A stretch of 62,955 nt of DNA, counting the filler, from Octopus bimaculoides (taxonomy: Eukaryota), in NCBI RefSeq assembly GCF_001194135.2. It is 4 parts of 4 records of this genome, joined end to end, with 100 filler letters (N's around TTAATTAATTAA, not from the genome) between each part and the next. Parts side by side here need not be neighbours in the genome. Positions count along the whole stretch, not along the records: positions 49,174 to 61,679 come from NC_068987.1; positions 61,780 to 62,955 come from NC_068986.1; 2 more parts are not named here. One strand, given 5' to 3'. How positions within the stretch are numbered: the first letter of the stretch is position 1; each line of letters opens with the position of its first letter. The position numbers and the translations under genes were made by a program. A model generated the notes under the pieces. The model saw nothing but the letters and a program-made list of their open reading frames with translations, was not told the origin of the DNA and searched no databases. This document shows, piece by piece, positions 58,491 through 62,955 of the stretch.

Positions 58491-59690
58491 AATAGCAGAT
58501 ACATTTTAACGACCTCCATTTTGATAACCCACAAATTTGAAAGAACGAATAAATAATATCATTGAAAGCTGTGATTCATTAAGATTACGGTTTACCTTAC
58601 TACGAATTTATTTCATACATTTCTTTAAATATATATATTGCTGTTGTTATTGTTGTTCATCGTTTCGCTATTACTCGTAGAGATTGATGGTTTTTTAAGA
58701 TGTGAGTTGAGAAAAAAACCTTAATCGTTTTTCCGAACTACAGGGATCCCTAGGTGCGTTGTTTATCTCAAATTTCCGCTGTTTCAAGCGAATACAAGAT
58801 AAACCCCTCTATGAATAAACCGCTCGTTTATCTCAGGTAGATTTTTTTCCCCGCCAGAGAATTTGATCTCGACATTATAAGCCTCAAAATTAATGCTTTA
58901 TCTTATGACATCCTCTCTGCTCTATAGAAGCACTGAATTTCACGCCCTTGTTTTACATAATTAAAGCTGGTATCTGGCTATGGACACACGTCTCTGAGTT
59001 AAGGATATATCGATGATATATTCCTTCTGTTGAGGTAATGAAAGAACTCGTATCTTCTTCTTCCCTTCTACCCGAGCCATCATCAAATTATTGAGTTTCT
59101 ACAGAGAAACGATTGAGTGTTATTCTTTCTTTCCTGTCTAAGCCAACGAGCGGTCTTATACATCGTTGGCTGTTATATACGAGAAACTGACACTCTGATG
59201 TCTTTAAAAAACGTGAGTTGAAGTTAGGATGTAGCTTCCATTTTGTAGTATAGCACCCAACATTGTATTAGGTGTTATTTGCTTGGCAAAAGTATGACTG
59301 CTATTTCTAGCAGGTTGAACAACCAGATAGAAGCTCTCACATTAGATAAGACCTAATTATCCATACCTCCACGAGAGAAACTTACCTATGATTAATAATG
59401 AAACAGTCTAGTGCGGCTGCAGCTACTTCTGCTGCTGCGGCTATTACCGCTGCTGAGGCGACTACAGCTGCTGTTGCTACTGCTCCTGTGGCTACTTGCA
59501 CTGCTGCTACTCTAACTGTTTATTTCCGAGCAAATTCCTATCAAATCTATTCCCATTGTAACCATCCCGTCAGCTGTATCTGTCTTTTCTGACGCTGGCG
59601 AGGGCCATTCTTGCGTGACGTATGTGACAGTCAGAGATACAAACTTATGAAATTTCTAAGATGTACATCGTGGATTTCTAAGATGTACAT

Positions 59691-60030
59691 GTGAAGGCCC
59701 ATGGCTCAGTGGTAAGAGCGTCGAGCTTACGATCGTGAGGTTGTGAGTTCGAATCCCGGACCGGGCTGCGTGTTGTGTTCTTGAGCAAGACACTTTATTT
59801 CACGTTGTTCTAGTTACCTCAGCTGTAGAAATGAGTTGCGACTTCACTAGTACCAAGATGTATCGACTCCTTTGCCTTTCCATTGGATAACACCGGTGGC
59901 ACGGAGAGGGGAGACTGATAAGCATGGGCAACAGTTGGTCTTTCATAGACAACCTTGCTCAGACTTGTGTCTGGGAGGGTAACTTTCTAGGTGCAATCCC
60001 ATGGTCAGTCATCACCGAAGGGTATCTCAG
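59691..60030 (+). mobile_element. tRNA-headed SINE, family D (CORE-like body)
   Basis: tggctcagtggtaagagcg...gagttcgaatcccg, then tgtgttcttgagcaagacacttt...cagctgtagaaatgag. Confidence 0.7.
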
Positions 60031-60224
60031 CTCAGCGCATTGTGAACATTTATTAGAATTCAATTGAATCATTTTTCATAGTTAAGTTTAACTACTCAGG
60101 CAAGTATTAAACAAAAGACACTTCATCTAGACAGATGCAAAAAGTGTGATGCACGTGACATCGCACAAAACAAATCATTTTCACGTGAACGTTTTAAATG
60201 TTAATTTGTCTGAATTTCTCCAGG

Positions 60225-60640
60225 TAGGCGCAGGTGTGGGTGAATCAGAAGAAGCTTGCTTCCCAGCCACATAGGTTTCAGGTTCAGTGCTCACTGAGTG
60301 ACACCTTGCGTAGGTGCCTTCTATTATAGTCATGGCAAACGAAAGACTTGTGAGCGGATTTGGAAGGTGGAAACTGTAAGAAGCCCGTCGTATATGTGTG
60401 TGTGTTTGCATATGCGTGTATGTGTGTGTGCATTTGTTTCTATATGTGTGTGTGTGACTTTGTGGTTGTGTTTTCCCCCACCACGCTTTACAACCGGTGT
60501 TGTTGTGCTTGCGTCCCTGTAACATCGCGGTTCCGTAATAGAAAGTGGAGTAGAAGACCCTCTTCCAAGATGACGCAGAGTGGAACTGAATCCGCAACCA
60601 CATGACTGAAGAGCAAACATATTAGCCACACAGTCATACT
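60225..60640 (+). mobile_element. SINE family A, older copy
   Basis: ggcgcaggtgtgggt...cttgtgagcggatttggaaggtggaaactgtaagaagcccgtcgtata. Confidence 0.65.
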
Positions 60641-60989
60641 TGTGTCTTATGCAAAGAAAACAAATGGAAAAATATGCAAGGGTATTATGTTTTCGGTCAA
60701 AGGTTACATGTAAAAAGACAAAAAAAAAAAAGAACGAAACGAGAATGCGAATCAACAATTAAAACAAACATTCAGTTCTTTTTTGCGTTTTCTATCTTCC
60801 ATTGATGTTTATTTCTAATTTGAAATGGCTTCTTAGAAGTTGTGTTTCTTTTTAATTTGTACCGAGTTCCAATTTCACATTTTTAGAATCTTTGCTGTTT
60901 AAGTAATGTGATGTACCAACTTTCGGTTCATTGCAAGCTGAAGTCATAACTTACTTGAAAATAACTCATTTGATCGGAGAGAGCACAAG

Positions 60990-61057
60990 CACACACAATC
61001 GTGTCCATATACAAACAGACACACAACTATCTACCGATCTATTTCTCTCTCTCTTTT

Positions 61058-61116
<59 letters not shown>

Positions 61117-61884
61117 CTTTATTTATCTAGCTATCTATCTGTCTGTCTATGTATGTATGTATGTATGTATCAATCTATCTAATTATCTATCTATCTGTCT
61201 GTCTATGTATGTACGTATGAATGTATGTATGTATGTATCTATATATCTATCTATCTATCTATCTGTCTCTTTATGTATTTATCTGTCTGTCGATATATGC
61301 ATGCATGTATGTATATATCTACCTATCTACCTGGAGGCGCAACGCGGTAACAGAGCCACCATTCGGTCTCTAATCGATGAACAGGGATGTTATGGCGGGC
61401 TGCGCGAGGGATAAGTCACCTGGATTGGATGGTCTACCCTACGAGCTGTATTGTCAAATGCCAGACTTGTTTGGCGACCTCTTGGCATCAGTCTACTGCA
61501 ACTGGCAACAAAACGGGAGAATTCCCGGTTTCGTGAGCCGAGGTGCAGTGACATTGCTGAAGAAAGACCCAAACAAGGGGAATTTTATAGATAATTTCAG
61601 GCCCATCACTCTGCTCAACGCAGACTTGAAAATTTTGGCCAAAGTAATAGCCGAGAGGTTGGCGCTTGTCATCGATAAANNNNNNNNNNNNNNNNNNNNN
61701 NNNNNNNNNNNNNNNNNNNNNNNTTAATTAATTAANNNNNNNNNNNNNNNNNNNNNNNNNNNNNNNNNNNNNNNNNNNNGGAAGGAGATACCATAAAAAA
61801 GGAGTAAGTGAAAATGTACGAAAGCAGGGAAGTAGGAATGAAATATGTTCGAATAAATGTGAACAGGAATAAAGGAATGAAAGT

Positions 61885-61944
<60 letters not shown>

Positions 61945-61983
61945 CACTACTACTACTACTATTGCTGCTGCTGCTGCTGCTAT

Positions 61984-62045
<62 letters not shown>

Positions 62046-62364
62046 GCCAGTGAGCGAGGCCAACACTCTCAGCTTGTGAAAATAGTCAAATCTTCCTGAA
62101 ATTGCACTCTGCCGTCTTAAGTTAGCCTGAGATATATAAATATAGGAAGGTCATAACTTTAATCATATGCCTGCCTGGATCAAGACGGGCGTAGAGCTAA
62201 GCAATAATAGTAGCAACTAATACTAATACTAACACTAACACTAATGATTAAGTGTGACTGACACAGAATGGGGCTAGAAGAAATGAAAGCCAACAACAGA
62301 CTTTACATTTGTGTATGTGTGTGTGTGTGTGTGTGTGAGTGCGCATGTATCTCTTTCTCCAATG

Positions 62365-62454
<90 letters not shown>
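60990..62454. repeat. Microsatellite cluster: (CT)n/(TATC)n/(TATG)n ~61030-61330, (ACT)n ~61885-62044, (GATA)n ~62365-62454
   Basis: Directly visible. Similar (AT)n, (CA)n and (CT)n runs occur throughout, notably 49170-50640, 52570-52750 and 55325-55790. Confidence 0.9.
61331..61679 (+). mobile_element. Tx1/L1 RT fragment
   Basis: DKSPGLDGLPYELY...VTLLKKDPNKGNFIDNFRPITLLNADLKILAKVIAERL; cut by the assembly spacer. Confidence 0.85.
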
Positions 62455-62455
<1 letters not shown>

Positions 62456-62780
62456 GCGAGCTGGCAGAAACGTTAGCACGGCAGGCGAAATGCTTAGCGA
62501 AAAGGTAAGAGAAGAAATGTTGCTATTGTTGCCATAAAGCCCAAGATCAATCTTGTCTGAGCGGATCTATGATCAAAAAGCGTTCTAGCCATGATCACCG
62601 CATCTTACTTCCAGACTAGCGTTCCCCATACCGTTCTGAGTTCAAATTCCGCCGAGGTCGACTTTGCCTTTCATCCTTTCGGGGTCGGTAAATTATGTAC
62701 CAGTTGCGTACTAGGGTCAATCTAATCGACTGGCCTCTCCTCAAAAATTCCGGGCTTTGTGCCTCGAGTAGAAAAGGATA
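62455..62780 (+). mobile_element. SINE family B interrupted by an unrelated ~130-bp insert
   Basis: Head ggcgagctggcagaaacgttagcac; resumes ccgttctgagttcaaattccgccgagg at ~62630. The insert motif caagatcaatcttgtctgagcggatcta recurs at ~62825. Confidence 0.7.
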
Positions 62781-62955
62781 TCACTTACTATCAAAGCTAG
62801 CAAGGACACAGGATTAATCTTGTCCAAGATCAATCTTGTCTGAGCGGATCTACGATCAAAAACGGATGGTCATGGCTGGAATAACTTTTGATTGGAGCTG
62901 GCATAAATCTAAATGACATTGCAACAAACTCATGAATAATAATAATAAAATCCAT

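Noticed and set aside
59398-59592. Ala/Thr-rich 64-aa ORF
   Set aside because: Degenerate (GCT)n microsatellite with no splice or domain support.

Overview
Repeat-rich animal nuclear DNA, most likely an octopus. This is inferred from a cephalopod-type mitochondrial insertion (nad3-trnS1-nad2), abundant tRNA-headed SINEs and dense microsatellites. The only confident host gene is the 3' part of CFAP43/WDR96 on the + strand: six consecutive, phase-compatible exons between 1821 and 14787, plus a probable terminal exon at 47729-47932. About 75 codons expected between them could not be found, and a 100-bp scaffolding spacer lies in that interval. The introns hold stacked, decayed mobile elements: RTE, Tx1/L1, R4/Dong-like, Penelope, Gypsy, solo LTRs, piggyBac, mariner, hAT, Merlin, Helitron-like and four SINE families. 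The most interesting observations are: (i) fold-back (head-to-head) short elements and Penelope ends carrying hammerhead-ribozyme cores, one of which inserted as a unit with a 12-bp TSD that duplicates a CFAP43 splice donor; (ii) a well-formed antisense exon encoding a laminin-G-like segment, suggesting a nested gene; (iii) a Penelope with an inverted 5' half and a repeat expansion inside its GIY-YIG motif; (iv) a piggyBac inserted at a TTAA inside a Gypsy integrase; (v) a NUMT. All family assignments come from motifs recognised by eye, with no database search. Many element boundaries are approximate. Three TTAATTAATTAA spacers mean contiguity across 20415-20514, about 49074-49173 and about 61680-61779 is not guaranteed.
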